A DNA stretch of 64,000 nucleotides from a bacterium (lineage in GTDB: Bacteria; Hinthialibacterota; Hinthialibacteria; Hinthialibacterales; Hinthialibacteraceae). A program made the translations under genes and the position numbers. Under the pieces are notes generated by a model. The model ran no database searches and was not told the origin of the DNA. It saw only the letters and a program-made list of their open reading frames with translations. The stretch lies in the NCBI GenBank assembly GCA_041946805.1, contig JBHGBC010000011.1, positions 1 to 64,000 of the forward strand, read 5' to 3'. Positions 38,171 through 48,332 of this stretch are shown piece after piece; the stretch's first letter is position 1; each line of letters opens with the position of its first letter.

Positions 38171-38872
38171 TTATTCCGTCACCGCTTGCAGGGTAAATCC
38201 CGTGGGGACGACGGTCACCATGTACCGCCTTCCTTCTTCCGCGTCCTGCGACACCGCCGATCCGCTCACCATATCCACCAGGGGAATGGATTCGCGGTTC
38301 TTGTACAGCCAGCGCCACCATTTCTCGTCCGCGCGGTCAACCAGGGGATACACGGTCCGTTCCTGGGTCCGTTCGTCGTCGATCGAGTAATAACTGCCCT
38401 CGATCCGGGTCAGCTGGTATACCGGCTTGAATCCAAAGAAATTGAGCAGGGGATGAAAGCGGACCAGATGGCCTTCGACCATCCAGCGGTCGCCCTTCAG
38501 GTGATATTCCTGCTCGAACGGCTGTACCTTCTCGCTCAGCGGCCGGCCCAATTCCCGGATCCGGACGAAGAAGCCGCCGTCGTCATCCAGTCTTTCCACC
38601 GTGACCGAGGCGATCGGCTCGCCCACGACATACGTGCGGTAGGACTGCAAAAACAACGCCAGATTCATGAAGGTCATCCCGGCGAAGAAAAAAATCAGGG
38701 TGGTAAGCCCCAGGACGGTGTCCCGTCCCGCTTTTCTCCGGCGCAGGCGTTCCCCGGTTTCGGGATGGCGTTTGATCCGGCGGACGCAATTGCGTAAAAA
38801 AACGAGCAGCAGCGCGAGCGAGACCATCTCCAGCGCCACCGCCAAACTGTACAACATGGAGAGAAACCCCAT
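38171..38872 (-). CDS. hypothetical membrane protein (two N-terminal TM helices)
   Basis: Two hydrophobic segments followed by a soluble domain (LKGDRW...YQLTRIEGSY); GAGGGGAG RBS. Confidence 0.7.
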   Translation of the reverse strand: MGFLSMLYSLAVALEMVSLALLLVFLRNCVRRIKRHPETGERLRRRKAGRDTVLGLTTLIFFFAGMTFMNLALFLQSYRTYVVGEPIASVTVERLDDDGGFFVRIRELGRPLSEKVQPFEQEYHLKGDRWMVEGHLVRFHPLLNFFGFKPVYQLTRIEGSYYSIDDERTQERTVYPLVDRADEKWWRWLYKNRESIPLVDMVSGSAVSQDAEEGRRYMVTVVPTGFTLQAVTE

Positions 38873-39058
38873 GGCGCTCCCCCTCTCATGAATTCGGGTG
38901 CGGCTGGATTATTTTAAAACGATCCACGAGCTGAATCGGCTATTGCGATTCCTAAACTATGGATGTTTTTTCGATCCACCTAATGAAATCCACCCAACGG
39001 CTACGAGCGGCTGCTTCGAAACAACATCACTCTTTACCGGTTGGCAGTACAGCTTTTG

Positions 39059-39162
39059 AGCGCCAACGGCGCGGCATGAGTATAGCCCAGGGCGTAAGCC
39101 TTGGGAGGAATAATTCAATAGTTTTAATCCCCTCTCCCTCTGGGAGAGGGCCTGGGTGAGGG
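39059..39162. repeat. composite repeat B+A
   Basis: AGCGCCAACGGCGCGGCATGAGTATAGCCCAGGGCGTAAGCCTTGGG, spacer, A hairpin. Confidence 0.85.
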
Positions 39163-39195
39163 TTTTTTAGCCGGGGCGGACCTTGGCCTCAGTCC

Positions 39196-39486
39196 TCATC
39201 CCGGCGTGAATGGAATCGATTTAACCTCATTAGGTACGCACTTACTGGATGATCCATCTATTATAAATCGTTTCCCATGAATGTCCTCTTTCCCTTCTAT
39301 TGCATCATTTAGCAAAACTGCTATTCGTAAATCTTCCACTAAAAAATCAACATTTTCCCATGTCACTCCAACGAGTTCCCGAAATAGTTTTGCTTTATGT
39401 CTCCCTTCTTCATGCTCATCGTTGAGCACGTAATCCTGAAATTGGCGTAAATCTATGATCGCTTTGTCCCCATTCGGTAAACGCAA
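39196..39486 (-). pseudogene. DUF6883-like protein, apparently 3'-truncated
   Basis: LPN...AIID....DYVLN.EH..GRHKA..F N-terminus; similarity appears to stop after GKRFIID; AT-rich compared with its neighbours. Confidence 0.55.
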
Positions 39487-39510
39487 AGTAACGCATCTCC
39501 TCTCCCAGAA

Positions 39511-40251
39511 TCATTCTCCCCCCGCCGCCGCGATGGCCTCCTCCAGGGTGAATTTCTTTTCATACAATGCCTTGCCCACGATGACGCCGGTAATGCTCCC
39601 CTGCTGCAGCGAGCGCGCCATGCCCGCCAGCGCCCGGATGTGATCCAGACCGCCGATCCCTCCCGAGGCGGTCAGCGGAAACGGCGAGCATTCAGCCATG
39701 CGCGCGGTGGCCTCCAGGTTGGGGCCCTCCAGGGTCCCGTCCCGCGCGATGTCCGTATAGATGACGGCGGCGAGGGGCAATCCCGCGAATTCCCGCACCA
39801 GGTCCGTGGCCAAAACCCGGCTGTCCGCGCGCCAGCCCCGGGTGGCCACCAAACCCTCGCGGGCGTCGATGCCCAAAACAATGCGATTCGGAAAACGCCG
39901 CGCCGCTTCGTCCACCAATTCCGGTTTTTCGAGCAGCACGCTGCCCAGGATGGCCCGGCTGACGCCCAGATCCAGGACGCGCTGGATGGCATCCAGGTCC
40001 CGCAGGCCGCCGCCCAGCTCGGTTTTCACGCTTACCGCCCCGGTGATTGCCCGAATAGCCTCCCCGTTTTGCATAAAGCCGTCTTTCGCGCCGTCCAGGT
40101 CCACGATGTGGATCGTCTGCGCGCCGCCGGCTTGCCATCGGCGTGCGACCTCTTCAGGACGCAGGTCATATACGGTCTTTTGGTCATATTCTCCCCGCCG
40201 CAGGCGGACCACCTGCCCGCCCTGCAAGTCGATGGCCGGAATGATTTCCAT
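39511..40251 (-). CDS. hisA: ProFAR isomerase (histidine biosynthesis)
   Basis: IIPAIDL.GG.VVRL..G, HIVDLDGA, GGGLR, YTDIARDGTLEGPN, ASGG, GKALY. Confidence 0.97.
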   Translation of the reverse strand: MEIIPAIDLQGGQVVRLRRGEYDQKTVYDLRPEEVARRWQAGGAQTIHIVDLDGAKDGFMQNGEAIRAITGAVSVKTELGGGLRDLDAIQRVLDLGVSRAILGSVLLEKPELVDEAARRFPNRIVLGIDAREGLVATRGWRADSRVLATDLVREFAGLPLAAVIYTDIARDGTLEGPNLEATARMAECSPFPLTASGGIGGLDHIRALAGMARSLQQGSITGVIVGKALYEKKFTLEEAIAAAGGE

Positions 40252-40884
40252 TTACGAGGCCCCTTCCTTGGCTTTAAAACTCAACCGGTTCTCCGTGCCG
40301 TTCAACAGACGTTTGATATTGGAGGTATGCCGCGCGACCAGCATCACCGCGGCTATCACCGAAAAGATCAACACTTCCAGCGAAGGCGCGGCGGGGGATT
40401 GCAGGACCCGCAATATCCCGCCCGCGGCCACCAGTGTCCCCGCGCCCGAAATCGACGCCAGCGACATATAACGCGTCGTTCCCAGGACCAGCAGAAAAAC
40501 CGCCAACGTGATCAAAAAGGGAACCGGGACCAGGGCCAGAAAAACACCGCCGGAGACGGCCACGCCCTTCCCACCCCCCTGGAATCCCAAAAAAACCGTC
40601 CAATTGTGCCCCAGGATCGCCGCGAGACCCGCCGCGATGGCCGCGAGCTCATTGCCGGGACACAGCCAGCGCGTCAATCCGATGGCAATCACCCCTTTGC
40701 CGATGTCTACAAGCAATACCGGGATGCTGATCTTGAATCCCAGCGTGCGCCAGGCGTTGGTGAAGCCCAGGTTGCCGCTGCCGTGTTTGCGCAAGTCGAT
40801 GCCGCGGATCCATTTCCCCGCGTAATAGGCGGAGGGGATGGAACCCAGCAGATAGGCCGTTATCAAACTCGCGAGGATGTTCAC
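40252..40884 (-). CDS. plsY: glycerol-3-phosphate acyltransferase
   Basis: YLLGSIP, GSGNLGFTN..R, DIGKG, GHNW.VF..F.GGGKGVA, RH.SNI.RLL.GTE. Confidence 0.97.
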   Translation of the reverse strand: MNILASLITAYLLGSIPSAYYAGKWIRGIDLRKHGSGNLGFTNAWRTLGFKISIPVLLVDIGKGVIAIGLTRWLCPGNELAAIAAGLAAILGHNWTVFLGFQGGGKGVAVSGGVFLALVPVPFLITLAVFLLVLGTTRYMSLASISGAGTLVAAGGILRVLQSPAAPSLEVLIFSVIAAVMLVARHTSNIKRLLNGTENRLSFKAKEGAS

Positions 40885-42242
40885 CGGATTTTTCGGCTCT
40901 CCCTTTTTTTGAAATAGAGGCGCACAGGCGTTCCTTCCAATCCAAAGGTCTCATACAGCTGATTGATTAAAAAACGCTGATACGAAAAGTGGATGGCCTT
41001 GGGGTCGTTGGCGAACGCGACGAACGTGGGCGGCGCGGTCCCCACCTGGGTCCAATAATAGATCCGCGGGGTCCGTCCCTTGTGCAACGGCGGGGGATTG
41101 CGGCTCAGCAGTTTCTCCAGCAGCGCGTTCAAATCCGCCGTGGCGGCGCGGCTATGGTACTGCTCCAGGATCCGTTCCACGTGGGGGAAAATCCGCTGCA
41201 CCCGCAACCGGGTGAGCGCCGAGATGAACTCGAGGGGCGCGTAATGCAAAAAGGGGATCCGCTCCCGGATGGCCTTCGCGTATGCGCCGGTGGTTCTTTC
41301 GTCTTTCTCCACCAGGTCCCACTTGTTCACGAGGATGATGGCCGCCTTGCCCGCGTCCTTGGCCAGGCCGAAGACCTTGGCGTCCGTCTCGGTCAATCCC
41401 TCCTGGGCATCGATCAGCAACAAAGCCAGATCGCAGCGTTCGAGGGCCTGCTGCGAGCGGATCAGCGTGTAATGCTCCAACCCCTGGCCGGTCTTGCCCC
41501 GCCGCCGGATGCCGGCCGTGTCGATGAGCAGGTACCGCTTGCCGTTCACCTCCACTTCCGTGTCCACCGGATCGCGCGTGGTCCCGGGGATCGGGGAGAC
41601 GATCGACCGCTCCGAACCGCAAAGCGTGTTCAATAACGTGGACTTCCCTGTATTGGGGCGGCCGAGAATGGCGATGGCGGGGAGGGCGGGCGGCTCGGCC
41701 AGGATCCCTTCATCCGGGATATAGGCGGCCACCGCATCCAGCATGTCGCCGATTCCGGTCCCGTGGAGGGCGGAGACGGCATGCAGGTCCGTCAAGCCCA
41801 ATTCATAAAAGGAGGCCATCACGGCCGCTTCGTGCTGGGGCGCGTCGACCTTGTTGACCACCGTGACGATCGGCTTGTCCAGGCGGCGTAGAAACAGGGC
41901 AATGTCATGATCGAGCGGCACGGGGCCGGTTTGGCCGTCCACGAGGAACAAAATCACCGCCGCGTGGCGGGCGGCCCGCTCGATCTGCTGCTGGATGATC
42001 TGGGAAAACGGATCCTCCCCGGGACCGAAAACGCCGCCGGTGTCGGCCAGCGTAAAATACTTCCCGCACCAGTCCGCCTGCCGGAAGAGGACGTCGCGGG
42101 TGACGCCGGGTTGATCGTCGACGATGGCGTCCCGCTTTCCCAGAATCCGGTTGAACAGGGTCGATTTCCCCACATTGGGCCGCCCCACGATCACCACCCA
42201 GGAGAGGGCGGGCGGATTGACGCTATCCACCTCGACTTTCAT
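40881..42242 (-). CDS. der: ribosome biogenesis GTPase Der (EngA)
   Basis: Two G domains (GRPNVGKS/DTGG/NKVD and GRPNTGKS/DTAG/NKWD) plus a KH-like tail. Confidence 0.97.
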   Translation of the reverse strand: MKVEVDSVNPPALSWVVIVGRPNVGKSTLFNRILGKRDAIVDDQPGVTRDVLFRQADWCGKYFTLADTGGVFGPGEDPFSQIIQQQIERAARHAAVILFLVDGQTGPVPLDHDIALFLRRLDKPIVTVVNKVDAPQHEAAVMASFYELGLTDLHAVSALHGTGIGDMLDAVAAYIPDEGILAEPPALPAIAILGRPNTGKSTLLNTLCGSERSIVSPIPGTTRDPVDTEVEVNGKRYLLIDTAGIRRRGKTGQGLEHYTLIRSQQALERCDLALLLIDAQEGLTETDAKVFGLAKDAGKAAIILVNKWDLVEKDERTTGAYAKAIRERIPFLHYAPLEFISALTRLRVQRIFPHVERILEQYHSRAATADLNALLEKLLSRNPPPLHKGRTPRIYYWTQVGTAPPTFVAFANDPKAIHFSYQRFLINQLYETFGLEGTPVRLYFKKRESRKIR

Positions 42243-42494
42243 GCCATACTCCAATCCACGGTTTATTTCCCAGAAATTATAGTGTAGGATCCCCCGGGCT
42301 GAATCCAAACTCTTGCCCAGACGCATCGGGTGAGTATTTCCTGCTCCTTTTCAAACGGCAAGTGTCTCTTTTTAATCAACTGTTCACAAAAAGACATTCA
42401 CCCCGGGACACGAACCGCCCGGATGACTGCACTCTTCCAGCCTCGTCGATTATAACATATTGAATACAGTACAGATAGATCAAGTAATCGGAAG

Positions 42495-42511
42495 TTGGCA
42501 CAACCCATGCA
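42495..42511 (+). promoter_or_regulatory. sigma54 (-24/-12) promoter of glnA
   Basis: TTGGCACAACCCATGCA: GG-N10-GC spacing, 200 nt upstream of the glnA ATG. Confidence 0.75.
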
Positions 42512-42710
42512 TTAAGGATTTGGTCAAGAATCACATGGGCATCCAATTCTTATGTTGTTGGCCTCAAAGCCGGATCTTGGATGATGTTCACATTCCTTCT
42601 CACACCAAATGAAGGGGCATGGACTGCATGGACTTCCAATCCATGAGAATACGTTGAATTTCGGCGGTTGCCGTTTATCAAAACCATATCAATCAAAGGA
42701 GAAGCCAACC

Positions 42711-44126
42711 ATGACGCCGCATGAAGTATTGACCCTCATCAAGGAGAAATCGATCAAATACATCGATTTCAAGTTCCAGGACTTTCCCGGCACCTGGCAG
42801 CATTTCTGCGTCCCCTCCCATTGCCTTGAAGCCGAGTCATTCGAAGAGGGATTCGGCTTTGATGGTTCCAGCATCCGCGGCTGGCAGGCGATCAACGAAA
42901 GCGACATGCTGATCCTGCCCGATCCCACCACGGCCTTCGTCGATCCGTTCCGGGAGCATTCGACCCTGTCCCTGACCTGCTCCATCCTGGATCCCATCAC
43001 GCTGCAGCCCTACACCCGCGATCCCCGCAACGTCGCCAAGAAATGCGAGGAATACATCAAGTCCACCGGCCTGGCCGACACGGTTTACTTCGGCCCGGAA
43101 GCGGAATTCTTCATCTTCGACCACGTCCGCTGCGGGCAGGCGGCCAACTACGCCATGTATGAAATCGACTCGGTGGAAGGCGTCTGGAACAGCGACGCGG
43201 AGTGCGACGGCCACAACCTGGGCCACCGCCCGCGCCACAAGGAAGGCTACTTCCCCGTGCCGCCGACGGACACGCTCCAGGACATCCGCTCGGAAATGGT
43301 CGATGTGCTCATCAGCCTGGGCATCGACGTGGAGGCGCACCATCACGAGGTGGCCACCGCCGGCCAGTGCGAAATCGACATGCGCTTCGGCCCCCTGGTG
43401 CGCATGGCCGACCAGCTCATGATGTATAAATACGTTTTGAAGAACGTCGCCGCCCGCCATGGCAAAACCGTCACCTTCATGCCCAAGCCCATGTTCGGCG
43501 ATAACGGATCGGGCATGCACGTGCACTCCAGCCTGTGGAAAAACGGCAAGCCCCTGTTCGCGGGGGACAAGTACGCGGGGCTATCGCAGATGGCCTTGCA
43601 TTACATCGGCGGCATCCTGAAGCACGCCGACGCCTTGATCGCCTTCTGCGCCCCCACCACCAACTCGTACAAGCGGCTGGTCCCCGGCTACGAGGCGCCC
43701 GTCAACCTGGCCTATTCGCAGCGCAACCGCAGCGCGGCCGTGCGCATTCCCATGTATTCGCCCAGCCCCAAGGCCAAGCGCATCGAGTTCCGTTGCCCCG
43801 ATCCCTCCTGCAATCCCTACTTCGCCTTCGCGGCCATCGCCATGGCCGGGATCGACGGCATCCTGAACAAGACCGATCCGGGCGATCCACTCGACAAAAA
43901 CCTCTACGACCTTCCCCCCGAGGAACTGGCCAAGGTCCCCAAGGTCCCCGGTTCGCTGGCGGACGCGGTGAACGCGCTGGAAAAAGACCATCAGTTCCTG
44001 CTGCAGGGCGATGTCTTCACCCAGGACGTCATCGACACCTGGATCGAATACAAGCGGACCCAGGAGATTCTTCCCTGCAATCTCCGCCCGACGCCGTACG
44101 AGTTCTTCCTGTACTACGATTGCTAA
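42711..44126 (+). CDS. glnA: glutamine synthetase type I
   Basis: [57 protein letters not shown] adenylylation-site motif; AAGGAG RBS. Confidence 0.98.
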   Translation: MTPHEVLTLIKEKSIKYIDFKFQDFPGTWQHFCVPSHCLEAESFEEGFGFDGSSIRGWQAINESDMLILPDPTTAFVDPFREHSTLSLTCSILDPITLQPYTRDPRNVAKKCEEYIKSTGLADTVYFGPEAEFFIFDHVRCGQAANYAMYEIDSVEGVWNSDAECDGHNLGHRPRHKEGYFPVPPTDTLQDIRSEMVDVLISLGIDVEAHHHEVATAGQCEIDMRFGPLVRMADQLMMYKYVLKNVAARHGKTVTFMPKPMFGDNGSGMHVHSSLWKNGKPLFAGDKYAGLSQMALHYIGGILKHADALIAFCAPTTNSYKRLVPGYEAPVNLAYSQRNRSAAVRIPMYSPSPKAKRIEFRCPDPSCNPYFAFAAIAMAGIDGILNKTDPGDPLDKNLYDLPPEELAKVPKVPGSLADAVNALEKDHQFLLQGDVFTQDVIDTWIEYKRTQEILPCNLRPTPYEFFLYYDC

Positions 44127-44181
44127 GACGTTTCGCTGACGTTATCTCTTGTTCACCTGAAAAATGCTCATTCTTCAATGC

Positions 44182-44221
44182 GCGGGACTGGCGCACCGGC
44201 TTTCCAGTCCCGCCTTTTTTT
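44182..44221 (+). terminator. intrinsic terminator of glnA
   Basis: GCGGGACTGG/CCAGTCCCGC stem followed by C and T7. Confidence 0.85.
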
Positions 44222-44287
44222 ATTGGGCGGATTTGGATAGAAACTTCGAGTATCATCCACATTGACACGGGCTTCCTGCTCGTGAAA

Positions 44288-44570
44288 GCAGGGGCACATG
44301 GCAACGTGCCTTGCGGAGGATGCTACATATGGAGAATCACAGGGGTACACATCGTTGGGGAATGCATACCATGGCGGGAGGGAATTTGGGGGGCAGGCAT
44401 CCTTGCCTGCATCCCCTTTGGAGAAATGTAGGGTGGGCTCAAAGCGCAGCGTAGCCCACCAACAAAATCCCCTGTTGAGTAGGATGGGTTAGCGCGCAGC
44501 GCGTAACCCATCAATATCCTGGTCATCCTGTGCATCCTGACCATCCTGATTCAGACAAAAACCCATCCCT
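44288..44570. repeat. cluster of REP-like palindromes plus family C element
   Basis: GGCACATGGCAACGTGCC, GCAGGCATCCTTGCCTGC, GTAGGGTGGGCT..AGCCCACC, GTAGGATGGGTTA..TAACCCATC, (CATCCTGnn)n ATTCAGACAA. Confidence 0.8.
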
Positions 44571-44652
44571 ACCTTGCGCCCGAACCACGAATCGAGTCAA
44601 ATTCCTGGAGCAGATGTTCAATTGACATTGTGACCATCCCCGCTCATCCAGG

Positions 44653-45855
44653 ATGCGAGCCTTCATGAAATACTCATATTCCTGGCATACCAGCCTCTCC
44701 TGGGCGCTTGGCATCGGTTTAACCGGTTGGATATTCGCGGGATTACCAGGCATCGTGGCCATTCATGGCGCCGATTTCGATCATTACTACAGGGCCGGTG
44801 AACAGATTTTCCGGGGAGAGAACATTTATTACGACGCGCAAGCGGATTGGGCGCGCGAGGGGATCGACTCGTGGTACCTCTATCCCCCCTATTTCGCCGC
44901 CGCATTTTATCCCTTGACCTGGCTGGGTCCGGTGCGCGCCAAGGCGGTCTTCGCGGTTTTTGCAGCCGCCACGCTCCTTGGGATCGATCTGATTTTGTTG
45001 AGCCTCCGGACGATATTATCTCCCCGCGCGCCGCTGTTGGATCCCTTCATCCATCTGCTCGTCCTGGCGCCGTATCCCTCCTCCCTCCTGCTGGGATCGC
45101 TGCAGATCGAGGGATTCCTGTTTCTGCTTTTTCTCCTGACCGTCATGGGAACCCTGGAAATCCGCCGGCTTTGGGGAACCGGTTGCGCGTACGCCGCGGG
45201 CGTGATGATCAAACTCTGGCCGGGGCCTTTCCTGTTATCGCTCGCGGTGGTTTGGCGGAAACGGATCTTCATTCCCGTTTTGACGATCGGGCTGGGCGCG
45301 GGATTCCTCTTTACCGGATTGGCGGGCTGGCGCGTCCAGTGGACCTTCCTGCAGACCATTCTTCCGGCCTTGATGCACTACGCGGACGATTACATCGACA
45401 ACCAGTCGCTTACCTTGTTTCTGCGTGAATCATTTTCCTGGAGCGATGGCTTCATCCAGATGATCCGGCTGGCGATTTTGGCCTCGTACGCCCTGGCGGT
45501 TTATCACGCGCGGGATTCGCTCAAGAACCGGAACCCGCGCGCCGTGGCGGTCAACGCGTCCCTGTTTGCGGCGGTCTCATTGCTCATCACTCCCACCGCC
45601 TGGTCCGCCACCCATATCCGCCTGCTGCTGCCCCTGGCCACCTCCGGCGCGCTGAGCATCGATCCCTCGCGGCGGTTTTCCCGGTGGGGATTTATCTCGT
45701 TGATTTCCGTTCTTCTTTATATCTATCCTCAAGGATTTTTCGGGGTAGACGGTTTCTATTGGCTGGAACGGTATCCTTTGTTGTGGGCCACGCTGATCCA
45801 GTATGGAATATTTCTCTATGTATCGTTTCAGAAAAATGGCTCATCCGGCCGGTGA
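44653..45855 (+). CDS. glycosyltransferase family 87 (DUF2029)-like membrane protein
   Basis: DF..YY.AG, YLYPP.FA..FYPL, IKLWP, DNQSL; many TM helices. Confidence 0.8.
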   Translation: MRAFMKYSYSWHTSLSWALGIGLTGWIFAGLPGIVAIHGADFDHYYRAGEQIFRGENIYYDAQADWAREGIDSWYLYPPYFAAAFYPLTWLGPVRAKAVFAVFAAATLLGIDLILLSLRTILSPRAPLLDPFIHLLVLAPYPSSLLLGSLQIEGFLFLLFLLTVMGTLEIRRLWGTGCAYAAGVMIKLWPGPFLLSLAVVWRKRIFIPVLTIGLGAGFLFTGLAGWRVQWTFLQTILPALMHYADDYIDNQSLTLFLRESFSWSDGFIQMIRLAILASYALAVYHARDSLKNRNPRAVAVNASLFAAVSLLITPTAWSATHIRLLLPLATSGALSIDPSRRFSRWGFISLISVLLYIYPQGFFGVDGFYWLERYPLLWATLIQYGIFLYVSFQKNGSSGR

Positions 45856-45949
45856 ATGCTTGATCACGAGGCTCAATCCCTTCCGTTTTTCATGATATTC
45901 TGCGGCGTCCAAAATGCGGATGAATCATTCCAATCATCGGGAGGACGCC

Positions 45950-46687
45950 ATGAATCGATACTCCATTTGGTGCGCCGTGCTGCTCGCGGGCCTGGCCTGT
46001 CTGGCCGCTTGCCAAACCGCCCAAATCCACCAGCCGGAGAGTCCAGACGCCGTGGTCGAGCAATTTAGCCGGCTGACCTCATCCTCGATATCCGACGCCG
46101 TGGACCGCGTGACCGGCCGGCGCGGCTACATGGACCACGACATGCGGCCGGTTTACTCCGCTCCTTTTTGCGGACGGGCGGTGACCGTGCTGGCGCAACC
46201 CTCCACCGCCAGCGAACCCCCAAGGATGGCCCTGGACCTGATTGACACCGAAGCGCCGGGCAAGGTGCTGGTGATCGTCATGGACGGTCCGGACGGGCGG
46301 GATGTCGCGGCCTTCGGGGGAATCATGTGCGCCGGCGCGATGGCGCGGGGCTTTGCCGGCGCGGTGCTGGACGGCGGATGCCGCGACGCCGCGGAAATTC
46401 AGGCCCGTAAATTCCCCGTGTACGCGCGCGGCATCGTTCCCTCCAATTCGCTCGGGCGTTACGTGAACGTGTCGCAAAATCAACCGGTCACCTGCGCGGG
46501 CGTGCGGGTGACGCCCGGCGACATCGTCCGCGGCGATTCCGACGGCGTCGTCGTGATCCCCCAGGCCCGGGCGGAGGAAATTCTGCGCGTGGCCCAGGAA
46601 CTGGAAATCCGGGAAGCGGCCACGGTCCAGGATGTCTTCCAACTCAAATCCATCCGCGCCGCCTCGCAGAAAAACCAGCGCATATGA
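45950..46687 (+). CDS. RraA/HMG-aldolase-family protein with lipoprotein signal peptide
   Basis: LAAC lipobox; SDAVD, GRAVTV, FGGIM, DGGCRD, V.PGD.V.GD.DGVVVIP; GGAGG RBS. Confidence 0.88.
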   Translation: MNRYSIWCAVLLAGLACLAACQTAQIHQPESPDAVVEQFSRLTSSSISDAVDRVTGRRGYMDHDMRPVYSAPFCGRAVTVLAQPSTASEPPRMALDLIDTEAPGKVLVIVMDGPDGRDVAAFGGIMCAGAMARGFAGAVLDGGCRDAAEIQARKFPVYARGIVPSNSLGRYVNVSQNQPVTCAGVRVTPGDIVRGDSDGVVVIPQARAEEILRVAQELEIREAATVQDVFQLKSIRAASQKNQRI

Positions 46688-46694
46688 AAACCGG

Positions 46695-46724
46695 GGCACA
46701 TCCGGCCCGGGTGTGCCTTTTTTT
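46695..46724 (+). terminator. intrinsic terminator
   Basis: GGCACATCC/GGGTGTGCC stem followed by T7. Confidence 0.8.
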
Positions 46725-46947
46725 CCAGAGGCCCAATCTGCATCTCCTCGAGCTGATCGGTGAGAACCACTCCAAAATTCCTTCTCCCTTGAGGAAAAGG
46801 GCCGGTTGAGGGAATTTTTCAGGACCAGGTCCTGCGGTTCCACCCCAACAAGACGGCGGATTGAATTGCGGCCTCCCTATCATGTAATCATGGCCGCGTT
46901 GAACCATATGGTTCGCTCTGATTTGACCGAACATATCGAGGAAGACG

Positions 46948-47733
46948 ATGATTCACAAAAATCAAATAAGTTGGATCGGATTTCTGGTTTGGACGGCATC
47001 CATTTTCCCAACGGCATCCTCGGATGAAGAATGCTCCCTCGAGAAACTGCCGTGCCTTTCGGTGGTGGAAATCCAGGGGGATTTCGAACATGTCCAGGGG
47101 ATCGCCGTGGATGAACACTACCTTTGGCTTACCTCCGTGCACCGCCAGAACCAGACCGGTGATCTTCATAAGTACAACCGCATGACTGGCGCGTTGATCC
47201 GGCGGATTTCCGTTCAGGAGAAGGAACAGTACCACCCGGGCGGCATCGCCCTGGAGGGCGATTTCCTCTGGGTTCCCGTGGCGGCTTATTCCCGGGAAGG
47301 ATCCAGCACGATCGAGCGCCGGGACAAGGAAACTCTCGAACTCCACGGCCGCTTTTTCGTCCCGGATCACATCGGCTGCCTGGCAGCCGGAAACGGTCAG
47401 ATCATCGGAGCGAATTGGGACGCGCGGATCATTTACCTCTGGACCCCTGAGGGTACGCTTTTGCAAAAGATCGCCAATCCCCGGGACACCCGTTACCAGG
47501 ACATGAAATGGGCCGGCGGGATGCTGATCGCTTCGGGTTTGCTAGGCGGTCAAGGAGTGGTGGATTGGCTTTCGTGGCCCTCCCTGGATCTGCAAAAACG
47601 GATCCGCGGCGGCAAAACCAGCCGCGGGATTCATTACATGAATGAAGGAATGGCTGTTTTCAACCATCACCTCTTCTTGCTTCCCGAAGACGGACCCAAC
47701 AGCCGCTTGTTCATGTTCTCCTTGATCCCTTGA
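46948..47733 (+). CDS. secreted beta-propeller-like hypothetical protein (DUF6454-like)
   Basis: Signal peptide; HVQGI, YHPGGI...LWVPVA.Y, DHIG, GANWD, YQD, NEG. Confidence 0.65.
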   Translation: MIHKNQISWIGFLVWTASIFPTASSDEECSLEKLPCLSVVEIQGDFEHVQGIAVDEHYLWLTSVHRQNQTGDLHKYNRMTGALIRRISVQEKEQYHPGGIALEGDFLWVPVAAYSREGSSTIERRDKETLELHGRFFVPDHIGCLAAGNGQIIGANWDARIIYLWTPEGTLLQKIANPRDTRYQDMKWAGGMLIASGLLGGQGVVDWLSWPSLDLQKRIRGGKTSRGIHYMNEGMAVFNHHLFLLPEDGPNSRLFMFSLIP

Positions 47734-48201
47734 TTTTTTTCTGTTGTCCCATCGCGGAAGTTGGCGATCGCTGCCGGATCGATATATCCGGCTCATCCGG
47801 CAAGTGCCTACATTTTCCAAAGGGAAGGCACGGTTTCCCATGGATCAGGCCTGAGGGGCCCACCGCAACTTCCCTAATCCCCTTGACAGAGATCGTTCCA
47901 TATCAGGGTGAGGGAAAGCCTTATCACACTGGTTTCTCTCGGCCAGTTGCGTATCGCCACACGCTTATCGGTAAAATGACTCCCTGCTGGGGTTGGCTTT
48001 AAAGCCGCCCAGGGATTCAATCCTGGGCCAATGGCTCGGGTGTAGGCTCTTATCGCATGATCCTTATTTCTGAGCAAAATCAAAACGGACCGATGAAACC
48101 CGGGACGCCAAAAGTATAGCCTCTGCTTTACCAAGGATTGCCAACGAGGGAGGAATGCAAGCAGGTTGCCAACCGTCCCCTCATTCTCGATCAAAAAATG
48201 A

Positions 48202-48231
48202 TTGACAAATTCCGATCCTTCGTGAGATAAT
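48202..48231 (+). promoter_or_regulatory. putative sigma70-type promoter
   Basis: TTGACA-N15-TGA-GATAAT. Confidence 0.55.
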
Positions 48232-48332
48232 CGCTCGATTTGTGCCGAATGGTGATCCGGCCCCTATGTAAAGCCGAAAATCCTTGAGCGAATGTCTTCT
48301 CAAACATGCCTTCACGAAAGGAGAGGTTCATC

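Noticed and set aside
42535..42595. glnA riboswitch or ANTAR hairpins in the glnA leader
   Set aside because: Only a 7-bp stem is visible; I could not match either consensus.
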